The position numbers and the translations under genes are program-made. Of a DNA stretch of 64,000 bases, positions 35,705 to 47,778 are shown piece after piece; position 1 is the first letter of the stretch; each line of letters begins with the position of its first letter. The DNA lies in contig JAWODN010000119.1 in assembly GCA_046483285.1 (NCBI GenBank), positions 6,015-70,014 on the forward strand, in the 5' to 3' direction. The notes below the pieces were generated by a model, which did no database searches, was not told the DNA's origin, and worked only from the letters and a program-made list of their open reading frames with translations. The DNA is from Candidatus Aminicenantes bacterium (GTDB taxonomy: Bacteria > Acidobacteriota > Aminicenantia > Aminicenantales > Aminicenantaceae).

Positions 35705-35706
35705 CT

Positions 35707-37142
<1,436 letters not shown>

Positions 37143-37161
<19 letters not shown>

Positions 37162-37586
37162 ATGCCGGGATTGTCCGCTTCGAACGCCTCAGCGACGCAA
37201 ATGAGGCCCTGGCGGAACGCCTTGCCGAAGTCACAGACGAGGCCGTCCGGACTCGAGGACGATTCGTCCTGGCTCTCGCCGGAGGATCAACCCCGCAGGA
37301 TCTCTACCGTCTTCTCGCTGAGAGATATCAAAACCGGATCCCCTGGGACCGGACACATCTCTTTTGGGGAGATGAGCGCTGGGTTCCTCGCACGGACCCG
37401 GCGAGCAACTCTCACCGGGTTTATGAGACGTTGATCTCAAAAATTCCCCTGCCGGCACGGCATCTTCATCCCATCCCTGTCGAGATCGGCCCGCCCGCTG
37501 AAGTCGCGCTTGCCTACGAGAAAACCCTGAGGGCATCCCGGCGCGCTCATCATCCAGGTCCGACACTGATTTTTCTCTTTCATTGA
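37143..37586 (+). pseudogene. pgl: 6-phosphogluconolactonase, 3'-truncated
   Basis: The N-terminal half of Pgl is intact ('LALAGGSTPQDLYRLL', 'WGDERWVP'). The ORF stops after about 147 aa, before the expected 'LLGMGEDGHTASLFP' block. Local GC drops immediately downstream. Confidence 0.55.
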
Positions 37587-37630
37587 CCTGCCTTTCTTTA
37601 TGTGGTAATAGCTTAAATTGAGGAGGTAAA

Positions 37631-37981
37631 ATGAAAGAAAGCGAAGGAATCCAGCTTGACCGTCCTTATAAATTGGAAAATGCTTCTATAGAGAAGCACC
37701 TGACAAAAACAGGCCCTGGAGTCTTCACTCTAGGGACCATGAGCGAAAGAGCCGAGTATCTGGTGGCCTATACAGGGATTGCGAAGAAAGACCTTAAAAA
37801 AGAACTCAAAAATCTTGTTGGAAAAAGCCGGCGTCCACTGTTCACCTTTGAATACACTTCTTCCCTTAAGGAAGCTTTTGAGAAACAATGCTGCATCTAT
37901 CACCACTTCGATCCTCCTGATAACAAGCAACACCCCAAATCTCCTGAAGGAACAGATTGGACCTGTCCGACTTGTCAATAA
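37631..37981 (+). CDS. hypothetical small protein with C-terminal CxxC zinc-ribbon-like motif
   Basis: 116 aa with a strong RBS 'gaggaggtaaaATG'. The C-terminus reads '...CCIYHH...WTCPTCQ'. Confidence 0.45.
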   Translation: MKESEGIQLDRPYKLENASIEKHLTKTGPGVFTLGTMSERAEYLVAYTGIAKKDLKKELKNLVGKSRRPLFTFEYTSSLKEAFEKQCCIYHHFDPPDNKQHPKSPEGTDWTCPTCQ

Positions 37982-38122
37982 TCCGTTTATGAAAAAACGG
38001 CGGTGATAATTCACATAGTCTCCATGCTGCACACAAAGGAACCGTGGCCGGCTCAGCCTTCGTGTGTGCCGGCTTATCCATCATCCTGCTCCCATAGCCA
38101 CACTTCAGAAGTCATTTTCATC

Positions 38123-38155
38123 GTTCGTGGTGCATTATACACATGATGAATTCAT
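38123..38155. repeat. right copy of the inverted repeat paired with 31388-31420
   Basis: 'gttcgtggtgcattatacacatgatgaattcat' is the reverse complement of 31388-31420 with 2 mismatches. Confidence 0.7.
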
Positions 38156-38396
38156 TTAAAAATGTGTTCCATCTCAGCATCGAAGCTGTTTTCCTCTTCT
38201 AAGTCAAATATAACCCAAACCTTATTCATGGCTTCATCAGCGTTCGCCGGATGCTCCATCCGGAATGAATTCGATTTTCCTCCCAATCAGGTGTGTTCGC
38301 TTCCGAAAAAAATCCCAGTTTCCGGCTTTGCGGAACGTTTTCTTGCGAGGGAAGAATAAATCCTGTCTTTTCCTTCCTGCTCCTGGGAAAAGAAGT

Positions 38397-38412
38397 TGGC
38401 ATGATTTTTGTA
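38397..38412 (+). promoter_or_regulatory. sigma-54-like element (TGGCAT-N5-TTGTA), copy 3 of the repeated motif
   Basis: The sequence 'agTTGGCATgatttTTGTAtttatg' lies about 160 nt upstream of the dodecin gene. Confidence 0.2.
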
Positions 38413-38571
38413 TTTATGTTTAATAATAAACCTGAAGTATTCAAGGGCCGAGATTGCCGCAGATGCGAGGCGCATGACTAAAAACCATGCTTACTGCTGA
38501 TAAGAAAAAGATTGCGCAAACATGGTAATTTTTTTATGAATAGTTCAGGCTAAATAAAAAGGAGGAAAATC

Positions 38572-38772
38572 ATGAGTACGGCAAAAGTCATTGAAATTAT
38601 CGGAAGTTCGGAAACAAGCTGGGAAGACGCAGCCCAAAAAGCTTTATTGGACGCGGAAAAATCAGTGGAAGGCATAACCGGTTTAGAAGTGGTATCGCAA
38701 ACTGCAGAGGTTGAAAATAACAAGATTAAATATTACAAAACTGCTATTCGAGTCGCCTTTATTGTTAAATGA
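38572..38772 (+). CDS. dodecin family flavin-binding protein
   Basis: 66 aa, 'KVIEIIGSSETSWEDAAQKALLDAEKSVEGITGLEVV...IRVAFIV' matches the dodecin fold consensus. The RBS is 'aaaggagg'. Confidence 0.7.
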   Translation: MSTAKVIEIIGSSETSWEDAAQKALLDAEKSVEGITGLEVVSQTAEVENNKIKYYKTAIRVAFIVK

Positions 38773-39054
38773 CCACGATTCTTCATTCAGCCTGACCTAT
38801 TCACAACCCGGGATGGCCGCAGATGCCGGAGTTGCGGCGAGGAAGCCGCGGCCCTTCACTGCGACAAGCGGCAACTCCGGCATATGCGGTGAGTTCCGGC
38901 CTTTCGAACCATTTTTTCATGAATTTACCATATAGGGAAGCACACCGCCTGGTTTTTTTGAAGCGCGTTTGGGAAAAGGCGAGCCGCGGATACCCTGGAT
39001 TCACATCTAAGACCTGAGCCGGAATATGCATTTTCTGATTGAAAAGGAGATAAA

Positions 39055-41895
39055 ATGTATACTGTATTGATTTTGATTTTACTGGGTTTATCCGGGTGGC
39101 TCATTTATCGCGGAGTTCAGAGAAAACACACCGGAAGAACTGTATTCGGGATAATCCTGGCTCTGTTTACTGTGGGGTTTTTCTGGTTTATGGATTTCTG
39201 GGGAGAAATGCTGTGGTTCGAGGCCCTGGGCTACAATCAGAGGTTCTGGATCGTGGTGCTCAGCCAAACCGCAGTGGCGCTGGCCGGAATTATACTCGGC
39301 GGTGTCATTGTATGGCTGCTCACCTTGAAAATCCCATCCGAAAAAAGATGGTTTAAGCTGGGAGCCCGTATCCTGGGAGCATTCACCGGAGCTGCCTGGG
39401 CATTATCCAACTGGGAAGCTATTTTGCGTTTTTGGTTCCGGGTGGGATCGGAAACGACGGATCCGGTGTTGGGGAAAACTACCTCATTCTATATGTTCAG
39501 CCTGCCTTTTTTCGACCGTTTTTATGAGCTTTTGCTGCTGCTGGCGCTGATAGGCATAGGCGCGGTTTTTGCGGCTGCTTTCCTGCGGTTTGAAGGGGAG
39601 CAGATTGATTTTAATCTGCCGCAGCTGACCTCCGGGTCCGGCAAAGCCATGGTCGAAAATTTTTTTCGGGGCGCTTCCGTGCTTTTGGTGGTGCTGGCAT
39701 TCGGCAAATATTTAAGCCGGTTTCATTTGATGTATTCGGATTGGGGCGCGGTCACAGGCGCCGGCTGGACGGATGTTAATATCCGGTTACCCGGATATTT
39801 GGTTGCGGTTGCAGTTTCGATTTTACTGGCGGCCGGACTGCTTTTTCCGGCAGTCCGCACCAGGCTGGGAAAGCTTTTTTACCCCAAAAAATACGGCGGC
39901 CAAAAAGCTCCGCTTTACACATTTATATCCGCCGCAATTGTGCTGTTCGGGACTTGGTTTTTGGTCCTGACCGCGATACCCGGACTATTCCAGTGGCTGC
40001 GGGTGGAGCCCAATGAAATCACTTTTGAAAAACCTTATATTCAAAACAACATTAAGCTTACCCGGGAGGGATTCGGTCTGCATTTAATCGAAGAAAGGGA
40101 ATTTCCGGTTGCGGAAACATTTACTCCTGAAATGGTGGATGAAAATCAAAGTATCTTCCAAAATATCCGGTTATGGGATTGGCGGGCTCTGGATGCGGTC
40201 TATAAACAATTTCAGGAAATCCGCTTGTATTATGAGTTCCAGGATGTGGATATCGACCGGTATACCTTTAACGGCCAATACCGCCAGGTTATGGTGTCCG
40301 CACGGGAAATGCAGTTTTCCAATCTTCCTTTGCAAAGCCAGACTTTTGTCAACCAGCGGTTTAAATATACCCACGGCAACGGCATCACCCTGACCACAGT
40401 GCAGGAATTCACCCCCCAGGGTTTGCCCAATCTTCTGATTAAGGATATCCCGCCTCAAAGTGAATATCCGGAACTGAAAGTCGACCGTCCGCAAATTTAT
40501 TATGGAGAATTGACCAACTATCATGTGATTTCCAACAGCGATGAAGAGGAATTTGATTATCCCAGCGGAGAAGAGAATGTTTATTCCCGGTATCAGGGAG
40601 AAGGCGGAGTCCGGATGTCCAATATCTGGCGAAAATTTCTTTTCGGGTGGAAATTCGACGGCACCCGGCTTTTTCTGTCCAGCTATCCGAATCCGGACAG
40701 CCGGATCATGTTCCGCCGCCGGATTAAGGACCGGGTCCGGACTTTGGCGCCTTTTCTGCGTTTTGATGACGACCCGTATGTGGTTTTAGCAAACGGCAAA
40801 CTCTATTGGATCATCGACGCCTATACCAGTTCCGCCTATTTTCCTTACAGCGAACCTTTTTCGTCGCAGGAAGTGATCGAGTATCAAGAAGGGAATATTT
40901 CCCGGACGTTGACGAACCAGATCGCAACCCGGCTGGACGGCGCCAATTATATCCGCAATGCCGTGAAAGTGGTGGTGGATGCCTATGAAGGATCGGTTGA
41001 TTTCTATATTTTTGATCCGGAAGATCCCATTATCCAAGTTTGGAGCCGGATTTTTCCGGATTTGTTTAAAAAAAAGGACGACATGCCGGAATCCCTCTTG
41101 CCGCATATCCGGTATCCCGCCGACCTGCTGCTGGTGCAGGGACGGGTCTTTTCAAAATATCATATGACGGACCCGGCCGTGTTTTATAATCAGGAAGATT
41201 TATGGATCCGTGCGACCGAAAAGTATTATGATCAGGTCCAGCCGGTTGAACCCTATTATGTGATGTGGGAGCTGCCGGAAGAAGACGAGCCCCAGTTTGT
41301 TCTGATTCTGCCCTTTACGCCTAAAAACCGGCAGGTGATGATCGGTTGGATAGCCGGAATGTGCGATCCGGAGAATTACGGACGTTTTCTGGCCTATAAA
41401 TTTCCCAAAGAAAAGCGGGTGCTGGGTCCCCAGCAGGTGGAAACCAAAATAGATCAAGAACGCTTTTTATCCGGCCAATTAAGTCTCTGGAATCAGCGGG
41501 GATCCAGTGTCATCCGGGGTAACGTGCTGGCCATTCCAGTGGATAAAACCGTTATTTATGTTGAACCGATTTATCTGCAAGCTGAAACCGCGGCCTATCC
41601 GGAACTCCGGCTGGTGGTGGTTATGCACGGCGATAATCTCAGCTATGCCGAGACCTTTGAAAAAGCCCTGCAAGGACTGTTTGATAAAACCATTCCCGAG
41701 CAGGCTTTGCCGCAGGAAGCACCTGCTGAAGCCGCAGCTCCCTTGGATACGCTGATTCAGGATGCCGACCGGGCCTTCAATGATTATCTTCGCTTGCTCG
41801 GGGAAAAGCGTTTCGGAGAAGCCGGGCAAGCCTTGGATCGTCTGCAGAACGCACTGAACCGTCTGGTTGAGCAGTCCGGACAAAACCGGCAATGA
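39055..41895 (+). CDS. UPF0182 family large membrane protein
   Basis: 946 aa with an N-terminal multi-TM region and a large extracytoplasmic domain. Blocks 'NYIRNAVKVVVDAYEGSVDFY', 'PHIRYPADLLLVQGRVFSKYHMTDPAVFYN' and 'VIYVEPIYLQAETAAYPELRLVVVMHGD' closely parallel actinobacterial UPF0182 proteins. Confidence 0.8.
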   Translation: MYTVLILILLGLSGWLIYRGVQRKHTGRTVFGIILALFTVGFFWFMDFWGEMLWFEALGYNQRFWIVVLSQTAVALAGIILGGVIVWLLTLKIPSEKRWFKLGARILGAFTGAAWALSNWEAILRFWFRVGSETTDPVLGKTTSFYMFSLPFFDRFYELLLLLALIGIGAVFAAAFLRFEGEQIDFNLPQLTSGSGKAMVENFFRGASVLLVVLAFGKYLSRFHLMYSDWGAVTGAGWTDVNIRLPGYLVAVAVSILLAAGLLFPAVRTRLGKLFYPKKYGGQKAPLYTFISAAIVLFGTWFLVLTAIPGLFQWLRVEPNEITFEKPYIQNNIKLTREGFGLHLIEEREFPVAETFTPEMVDENQSIFQNIRLWDWRALDAVYKQFQEIRLYYEFQDVDIDRYTFNGQYRQVMVSAREMQFSNLPLQSQTFVNQRFKYTHGNGITLTTVQEFTPQGLPNLLIKDIPPQSEYPELKVDRPQIYYGELTNYHVISNSDEEEFDYPSGEENVYSRYQGEGGVRMSNIWRKFLFGWKFDGTRLFLSSYPNPDSRIMFRRRIKDRVRTLAPFLRFDDDPYVVLANGKLYWIIDAYTSSAYFPYSEPFSSQEVIEYQEGNISRTLTNQIATRLDGANYIRNAVKVVVDAYEGSVDFYIFDPEDPIIQVWSRIFPDLFKKKDDMPESLLPHIRYPADLLLVQGRVFSKYHMTDPAVFYNQEDLWIRATEKYYDQVQPVEPYYVMWELPEEDEPQFVLILPFTPKNRQVMIGWIAGMCDPENYGRFLAYKFPKEKRVLGPQQVETKIDQERFLSGQLSLWNQRGSSVIRGNVLAIPVDKTVIYVEPIYLQAETAAYPELRLVVVMHGDNLSYAETFEKALQGLFDKTIPEQALPQEAPAEAAAPLDTLIQDADRAFNDYLRLLGEKRFGEAGQALDRLQNALNRLVEQSGQNRQ

Positions 41896-41906
41896 CCGGA
41901 GCCATC

Positions 41907-41963
41907 TAAGATCCTCACGGCCTGCTTCGCAGGCCTCAGGATGACAGCGGAGCTGTCATTTTC
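41907..41963 (+). repeat. 57-bp double-hairpin element (copy B)
   Basis: Identical to 31872-31928. It begins 12 nt after the UPF0182 stop. Confidence 0.75.
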
Positions 41964-42108
41964 GAACGAATAGATCAGGTAAACTATCATCCACAGGTTT
42001 CCTGAAAAAATATAAAGACGAGGCAAGCATGAAGCACTCCATCCGCATACAGCGGCCTTTTTGCCCGGCCGGGCAACATAAGGATCCATAAACCGGCATC
42101 CGGAGGCT

Positions 42109-43905
42109 TTGATGAATGACATTAAAGATTATTACCTGATCGGAGATCTGCAGACCGCAGCCCTGGTTTCCAAGAGGGCATCCATCGACTGGATGTGCCT
42201 GCCGCATTTTGATTCGCCGAGTCTTTTCGCCCGCCTGATTCATGAGGAGGGAGGTTGTTTCTCATTCATTGGGGATTATGAAGTTATAGAAAAGGGTTAC
42301 ATGGGAGAGAATGCCACAGTCGAGTTTATGCTGAAAAAAAACGATACCCTAGTGCGGTTGCGGGATTTTATGGTTCCCCGGCCGGTGGAAGAATGCCGGG
42401 TGCATTTCCTTGTCCGCAGATTCAAAGCCCAAAAAAGGGATGCCCGGATACGGTTCCGGTTTGATCCCCGGCCGGATTACGGCCGGAAAAATATTTCTCT
42501 TGAGCATTCCGGCGGTTTTTTGCAGGCTGAGATGAACGGCAATGATCTGATTCTGCATTTTCCTCCTGATGCGGAGGCTGAACAGGAGAACAGCGGATAT
42601 ATAATTCAAGTCGATATAAAAGAGGGTGACAGCAGGGAACTTGTCATGGAATACCGGACACGGGAAAAATCAGATGTGGTTATCGATGATTATGAGTCCT
42701 TCACGAATGACTTTTGGAAAAAATGGATCGCACAGGGAAAATATTTCGATTTTTGCCGGCGGCAGATGACCCGGTCCGCCATAACCCTTAAACTGCTGCA
42801 GTATTACCCCACAGGCGCCCTGATTGCGGCACCCACAACCTCACTGCCCGAAGAATTGGGGGGTGTCCGGAACTGGGATTATAGGTATGTTTGGGTTCGG
42901 GATGCCACTTTCACATTATATGCCTTTTTCATTTTGGGATATAAAGAGGAAGCGGTACGTTTTTTTCAGTTCATAAAAAATATCAGCCGGGGCTGTCCCC
43001 GGTGCAACGGGGAAATTCATTTGATGTACAGCATTACCGGCGGCCATGTGCCCAAGGAGCAAACTTTGGGTCATTTATCCGGATACCGGAATTCATCCCC
43101 GGTCAGGATTGGAAACGATGCCTCCGGACAGATGCAGTTGGATATTTACGGTTCTCTGGTCGACGCTTATTATTTCATGTGGACCCGGGGCATGGACATG
43201 ACCTCTGATACGAAAGAGATTATTGTTTCCCTGGTGAAAAGCATCCGGGACAACTGGCGGAAAGAGGACAACAGCATGTGGGAAATCCGGCAGAATAAGC
43301 GGCAGTATATCTACGGTAAGGTGATGTGCTGGGTTGGAATGAACCGGGCGGTCCGGATGTGTGACGCCATGGATATTGACTCCCGGACCAAACAGCAATG
43401 GGCAGATTCGGCTGAAGAGATAAAGACCTGGATCTGGGAGCATGGCTATCGCGAGGATTTAGGCACCTTTGTGCAGTATCCGGAGACCCGGCATCAGGAT
43501 GCCACCAATTTCCTGTTTGTTCTGCTTCAGTTTCTTGACCGCCGCGAGGAGCGGACCCGCCGGATTGTGGACCATACCCGCAACGAGCTGGAGCATGACC
43601 GTATCTTTGTCTACCGGTATCTGTCCGAAGACGGCCTGTCCGGAAATGAAGGGGCTTTTGTGCTCTGCTCCTACTGGCAGATAGCGGCTCTGGCCGCGGT
43701 CGAAGAGATTCAGGAAGGGACCAGCCGGTTTTTTGAAATGGAAAACTATATGGGCAAGTCCCGTCTTTTGGCCGAAGAGATCGATCCTGAAACCCGGGAA
43801 TATTTAGGGAATTACCCCCAGTCCTTTTCCCACATGGGGCTGATTCTGGCGGCCCGGTATTTGAAGAAGTACCATGATAAAACCGGCGAAGGCACCCTGG
43901 AATAA
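42109..43905 (+). CDS. glycoside hydrolase family 15 (glucoamylase/trehalase-like)
   Basis: 598 aa. The N-terminal 'DYYLIGDLQTAALVSKRASIDWMCLPHFDSPSLFARL' is the GH15 hallmark. A C-terminal (alpha/alpha)6 catalytic domain follows. Confidence 0.8.
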   Translation: MMNDIKDYYLIGDLQTAALVSKRASIDWMCLPHFDSPSLFARLIHEEGGCFSFIGDYEVIEKGYMGENATVEFMLKKNDTLVRLRDFMVPRPVEECRVHFLVRRFKAQKRDARIRFRFDPRPDYGRKNISLEHSGGFLQAEMNGNDLILHFPPDAEAEQENSGYIIQVDIKEGDSRELVMEYRTREKSDVVIDDYESFTNDFWKKWIAQGKYFDFCRRQMTRSAITLKLLQYYPTGALIAAPTTSLPEELGGVRNWDYRYVWVRDATFTLYAFFILGYKEEAVRFFQFIKNISRGCPRCNGEIHLMYSITGGHVPKEQTLGHLSGYRNSSPVRIGNDASGQMQLDIYGSLVDAYYFMWTRGMDMTSDTKEIIVSLVKSIRDNWRKEDNSMWEIRQNKRQYIYGKVMCWVGMNRAVRMCDAMDIDSRTKQQWADSAEEIKTWIWEHGYREDLGTFVQYPETRHQDATNFLFVLLQFLDRREERTRRIVDHTRNELEHDRIFVYRYLSEDGLSGNEGAFVLCSYWQIAALAAVEEIQEGTSRFFEMENYMGKSRLLAEEIDPETREYLGNYPQSFSHMGLILAARYLKKYHDKTGEGTLE

Positions 43906-43978
43906 GAATGTGAGCGGTAAAGTTATGATACGCCTCTGATTTTTTTTTATCTTTTCTTCTTTATGATAATATTTCCAT

Positions 43979-45160
43979 ATGCACATTAATGCCATACTGG
44001 ACATCGGGGTCATTCTTTTGGCCGCATCATTTGGGGCCGCCCTGATGAAATTCACTAAACTCCCTAGAATTACCTCCTACATTATAATCGGGATCATCAT
44101 CGGCCCATCCCTGGCCGGCCTCGTCTCCCCGGATTTGATGGACACATCCGATTTATTCACCAACCTTGCATTGAGTTTCATTGCCTTCGACTTGGGCAGA
44201 AAATTCTCCTTAGAACGAATTCGGGAAATCGGCAAAAATGTTATGGTAATAGCAGTCCTGCAGGTTATCGTCACATTGCTGGTGGTTGCCTTTTCAATTT
44301 ATCTGCTCACAGCCCAGCCTTTTCACATCGCTGTCATTTACGGGGCCGTCGCCTGCGCCACCGCACCAGCATCCACCATCCTGGTGGCCAAACAGCTTAA
44401 AGCGGAAGGCAAATTCACGGATACTCTCCTGGGGGTGGTTGCTCTGGACGACGGCCTAAGCATCTTGGTATTCGCCCTGGTCTTTGCTGTGAGCGGAAGC
44501 ATTGCCGGAACTCACACCGAAGCCAATCCCATCATTTCAGGGCTTATTCATGCCTTCATAGAAATATTCGGAGCCGCTGTCCTCGGTATAGTGCTGGGCT
44601 GGATCCTGTCCCATCTGCCAAAATTGATTGAAAAATCCGAAAACCTGATGATATATACTTTAGGCATTATTCTCTTTGGTGCCGGTCTTTGTATTCATTT
44701 TGATTTGTCGGTTCTATTAGCCAGTATGGCCTTAGGAATAACAGTGGAAAATTTGAGCGAATCAGACGTGAAATTTTTTCACGCGATAGAAAAAATTGAA
44801 TCCCCTTTTTATGTCCTGTTCTTTGTTCTGGCAGGCGCTCACCTTAAAATTGAAATGGTGACCGGGATTTCATTGATCGGGCTGATATATATCCTCTCTC
44901 GGACAGCGGGAAAAGTAGGCGGAGCATATGCCGGCGCTTTTTTAGTCAAAGCAGAAGCAGTTGTTAACAAATGGATGGGATTATCTCTGCTTCCTCAGGC
45001 CGGAGTGGCATTGGGATTCGCTCTGATCGTGAAATCCGCTTTTCCGGCCGGCGGACAGGAGATATTTTTTGTAATAACCGCCTCTACGGTATTTTTTGAA
45101 ATTATGGGGCCGATCATTACCAAGATTTCTCTTAATGCGGCTGGAGAGACAAATCAATAA
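43979..45160 (+). CDS. monovalent cation:proton antiporter (CPA family, Na+/H+ exchanger-like)
   Basis: 393 aa with about 11 TM helices. The N-terminal 'IGVILLAASFGAALMKFTKLPRITSYIIIGIIIGPS' is typical of Kef/NhaP-type exchangers. There is no C-terminal regulatory domain. Confidence 0.7.
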   Translation: MHINAILDIGVILLAASFGAALMKFTKLPRITSYIIIGIIIGPSLAGLVSPDLMDTSDLFTNLALSFIAFDLGRKFSLERIREIGKNVMVIAVLQVIVTLLVVAFSIYLLTAQPFHIAVIYGAVACATAPASTILVAKQLKAEGKFTDTLLGVVALDDGLSILVFALVFAVSGSIAGTHTEANPIISGLIHAFIEIFGAAVLGIVLGWILSHLPKLIEKSENLMIYTLGIILFGAGLCIHFDLSVLLASMALGITVENLSESDVKFFHAIEKIESPFYVLFFVLAGAHLKIEMVTGISLIGLIYILSRTAGKVGGAYAGAFLVKAEAVVNKWMGLSLLPQAGVALGFALIVKSAFPAGGQEIFFVITASTVFFEIMGPIITKISLNAAGETNQ

Positions 45161-45364
45161 ATCACTGGATTTTTTCTTCCCTCTTTTACTTGGCGGTGTA
45201 TCCTTTGTCGATTACAAGTTCGCTTCCGGTTAAAAATTTGGCTTCATCCGAACCCAAATAAACCACACCGTAGGCGATATCTTCGGGTTCGCCCACATCT
45301 CCTATGGGATGGAGGTCTTCAAGATTCTTCCGGTAGCCTTCCTTATCCCCGGAGTCTTCGGCCG

Positions 45365-46339
45365 TCAGGAGGTACAGAGAAGATGCCGCAATGTATCCAG
45401 GTTGAGTTTGGATCCGGTGATGATCAAAGCCCCGTTTTTTCCGTAAAACCGTTTTTTCTGCTGTTTGAGCGCAGCCACAGGAAGAGCAGCGGAGCCTTCC
45501 ACCAGCATGTGCTGATGCTGCAGCAGCCAGAGGAGGGAAGACGCGATTTCTTCTTCTGAAACCAGGATGAAATCATCCACCCATTCCCGGCAGATATCAA
45601 ACGTGAGGGAGCCTTCTTCGAGCCCTCCCGCTGTGCCGTCGGATAAAGTCGGTTTGGAGTGGTATTCCATGATCCGTCCCGCTTTTACAGATTCATGCAT
45701 GACCGGAGAATTTTCCGGCTGGACCCCGATCACCTCTATTCCGGGCCGGCGGTGCTTAAGAACCCCGGCCACTCCGGAGATAAGCCCGCCTCCGCCCACC
45801 GGAACCAATATGAAATCCAGCCGGCGGCTCTGTTTCAGAATTTCCAGGCCTGCCGTGGCCTGCCCGGCGATGATCAAAGGATCGTTATACGGGGATATGA
45901 ACACTCCGTTGCGCTCCGCCGCCGTCCGCCGCGCCTGATTTTCCGCTTTGACACAATCATCTCCATACATATGGATTTCCGGACGGTACATGCGCAGGGC
46001 ATCCAGCTTGGCGGTGGAGGCGTATTCGGGAAGAAAAATTGTTCCTTTCAGGTTGAAAAGATGGAGGGCGTAAGCCACTGCGGCGCCGTGATTTCCGGAT
46101 GAGGCGGTGAAGATTCCGGCGTTTTGTTCTTCCGGTCTCAGAGCCAGGATTTTATTTAAAGCTCCCCGGAGTTTAAAGGAACCGGTGATTTGCCAGTTTT
46201 CCAGTTTTAAAGAGATATCTCCACTGTTTTCCCGGCTGAGAAAAGGGGAGGGGTCCAAAGGGGTCTCGCGGATATAAGGACGGATTCGGTCCTCTGCGTT
46301 GACGGCTTCCTTAAATATGTTTTTGGGTTTGAAACTCAT
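45365..46339 (-). CDS. PLP-dependent threonine/serine dehydratase-like enzyme (fold type II)
   Basis: 324 aa with the PLP lysine motif 'TGSFKLRGA' and a glycine loop 'PVGGGGLISG'. There is no ACT domain. The 3' 76 nt belong to the 81-bp direct repeat. Confidence 0.8.
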   Translation of the reverse strand: MSFKPKNIFKEAVNAEDRIRPYIRETPLDPSPFLSRENSGDISLKLENWQITGSFKLRGALNKILALRPEEQNAGIFTASSGNHGAAVAYALHLFNLKGTIFLPEYASTAKLDALRMYRPEIHMYGDDCVKAENQARRTAAERNGVFISPYNDPLIIAGQATAGLEILKQSRRLDFILVPVGGGGLISGVAGVLKHRRPGIEVIGVQPENSPVMHESVKAGRIMEYHSKPTLSDGTAGGLEEGSLTFDICREWVDDFILVSEEEIASSLLWLLQHQHMLVEGSAALPVAALKQQKKRFYGKNGALIITGSKLNLDTLRHLLCTS

Positions 46340-47778
46340 TCCATCTCTCCTTTACGAATAGACGAGGCCTTCTTTTTCCACCAAAAGTAAACCGGAACGC
46401 CGGCGGCCGTCAGGGCGATTCCTGACAGGGATTCCACGGGTTTTTCGATCAGGGTGTTGACTAAAATGCCGCCCGACGCCAGGATGAAAAGCCAAGGGAC
46501 CACGGGATACCCCCAGGTTTTATAGGGCCTGGGCATATCGGGCCGTTTTTTCCGCAGACGGAATACCGCGGCGGCGGCGGCGATCCAGAAGGCGATGGAC
46601 ATGAACATGGCGAAGGTGAAGATTTGTTCGAACGTTCCGATAAGAGTCAAAACGGAAGCCCATACGGCCTGGAGAACGATGGCGGAGTCAGGGGTGTGAT
46701 ACCGGCGGTGCACCCGGCCGGCCCGTTTGAAAAACAAGCCGTCTTTTGCCATGGCGTAATAAACCCGGGGGCCCGCCAGAATGGATCCGTTCAAGGACCC
46801 AAAGACGGAGACCACCACCAGCGCTGAGACAGCGGCTCCGTAAGAAACTCCGAAAAGCGATGTCACCGCGGTTTCGGCTATCCTGACTTCCCCCATAAAT
46901 TCAGGCAGGGGAACGGCTTTGAGGTAAACCAGGTTGGTTAATAGATAAAGGGCGGTGACGCCCAGGGTTCCTAAAATCAGAGCCCGGGGAAGGGTTCGGC
47001 CCGGATTTTTAATCTCACCGGCGACAAAATTAACATTATTCCATCCGTCAAAAGACCAGGCCACGGCGACCAAGGCCACTCCGAAGCCGATAAGAAGGCC
47101 GCTCCAGCTTAACCCGGCGGGGTTGAGATCCCAATTCACGGGTATTTTATTCCCCATGCTCAAGCCGAATACCACCACAGCCGAAATGGTGCCGATTTTC
47201 AAAACGGTGAAAACATTTTGAACCGATTTTCCCAGGCGGACACCGAAAATATTGATCAAGGACAGCATCGCAATGACCGCCACCCCTACCAGTTGTCCGG
47301 CGGAGAGGGAATAGAAAAACGTCCCGCCGAAAAAGGGGATCCGTGCTGATACGATTATGTTTTGGATGGAAAAGGCGGGAAAAAAAACCCCGAAATATTC
47401 GCCGAAAGCCAAAGCCAGCCCGGCGATGCCTCCGGTCATATAAACCAGAAACAGAATCCATCCAAACAGAAAACCGGCTAAAGCCCCATAAGCCTCGCGG
47501 AGATAGACGTATTGTCCGCCGGCTTGGGGCATCGCCGCGCCCAGCTCGCCGTAGGTTAAGGCGCCGGCCAGGGTTAAAAGCCCTCCCGCCAGCCAGGCCA
47601 GAAGCAAAAGCGGAGCCGAAGGGATGCTTTTCGCCATGATTCCGGAAGTGAGGAAAATCCCGGAGCCGATGATGATCCCCATCATGATCATGGCGGAATC
47701 AAAAAGGCCGAGTTGACGGATCAGGCTTGATCCATGGGGCGGAGCGGGTGAATTTTCGGTCTTTTTTGGCGGTTTCAT
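46336..47778 (-). CDS. amino acid permease (APC superfamily)
   Basis: 480 aa with 12 predicted TM helices and APC-type blocks. It is translationally coupled on both sides. Confidence 0.8.
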   Translation of the reverse strand: MKPPKKTENSPAPPHGSSLIRQLGLFDSAMIMMGIIIGSGIFLTSGIMAKSIPSAPLLLLAWLAGGLLTLAGALTYGELGAAMPQAGGQYVYLREAYGALAGFLFGWILFLVYMTGGIAGLALAFGEYFGVFFPAFSIQNIIVSARIPFFGGTFFYSLSAGQLVGVAVIAMLSLINIFGVRLGKSVQNVFTVLKIGTISAVVVFGLSMGNKIPVNWDLNPAGLSWSGLLIGFGVALVAVAWSFDGWNNVNFVAGEIKNPGRTLPRALILGTLGVTALYLLTNLVYLKAVPLPEFMGEVRIAETAVTSLFGVSYGAAVSALVVVSVFGSLNGSILAGPRVYYAMAKDGLFFKRAGRVHRRYHTPDSAIVLQAVWASVLTLIGTFEQIFTFAMFMSIAFWIAAAAAVFRLRKKRPDMPRPYKTWGYPVVPWLFILASGGILVNTLIEKPVESLSGIALTAAGVPVYFWWKKKASSIRKGEME

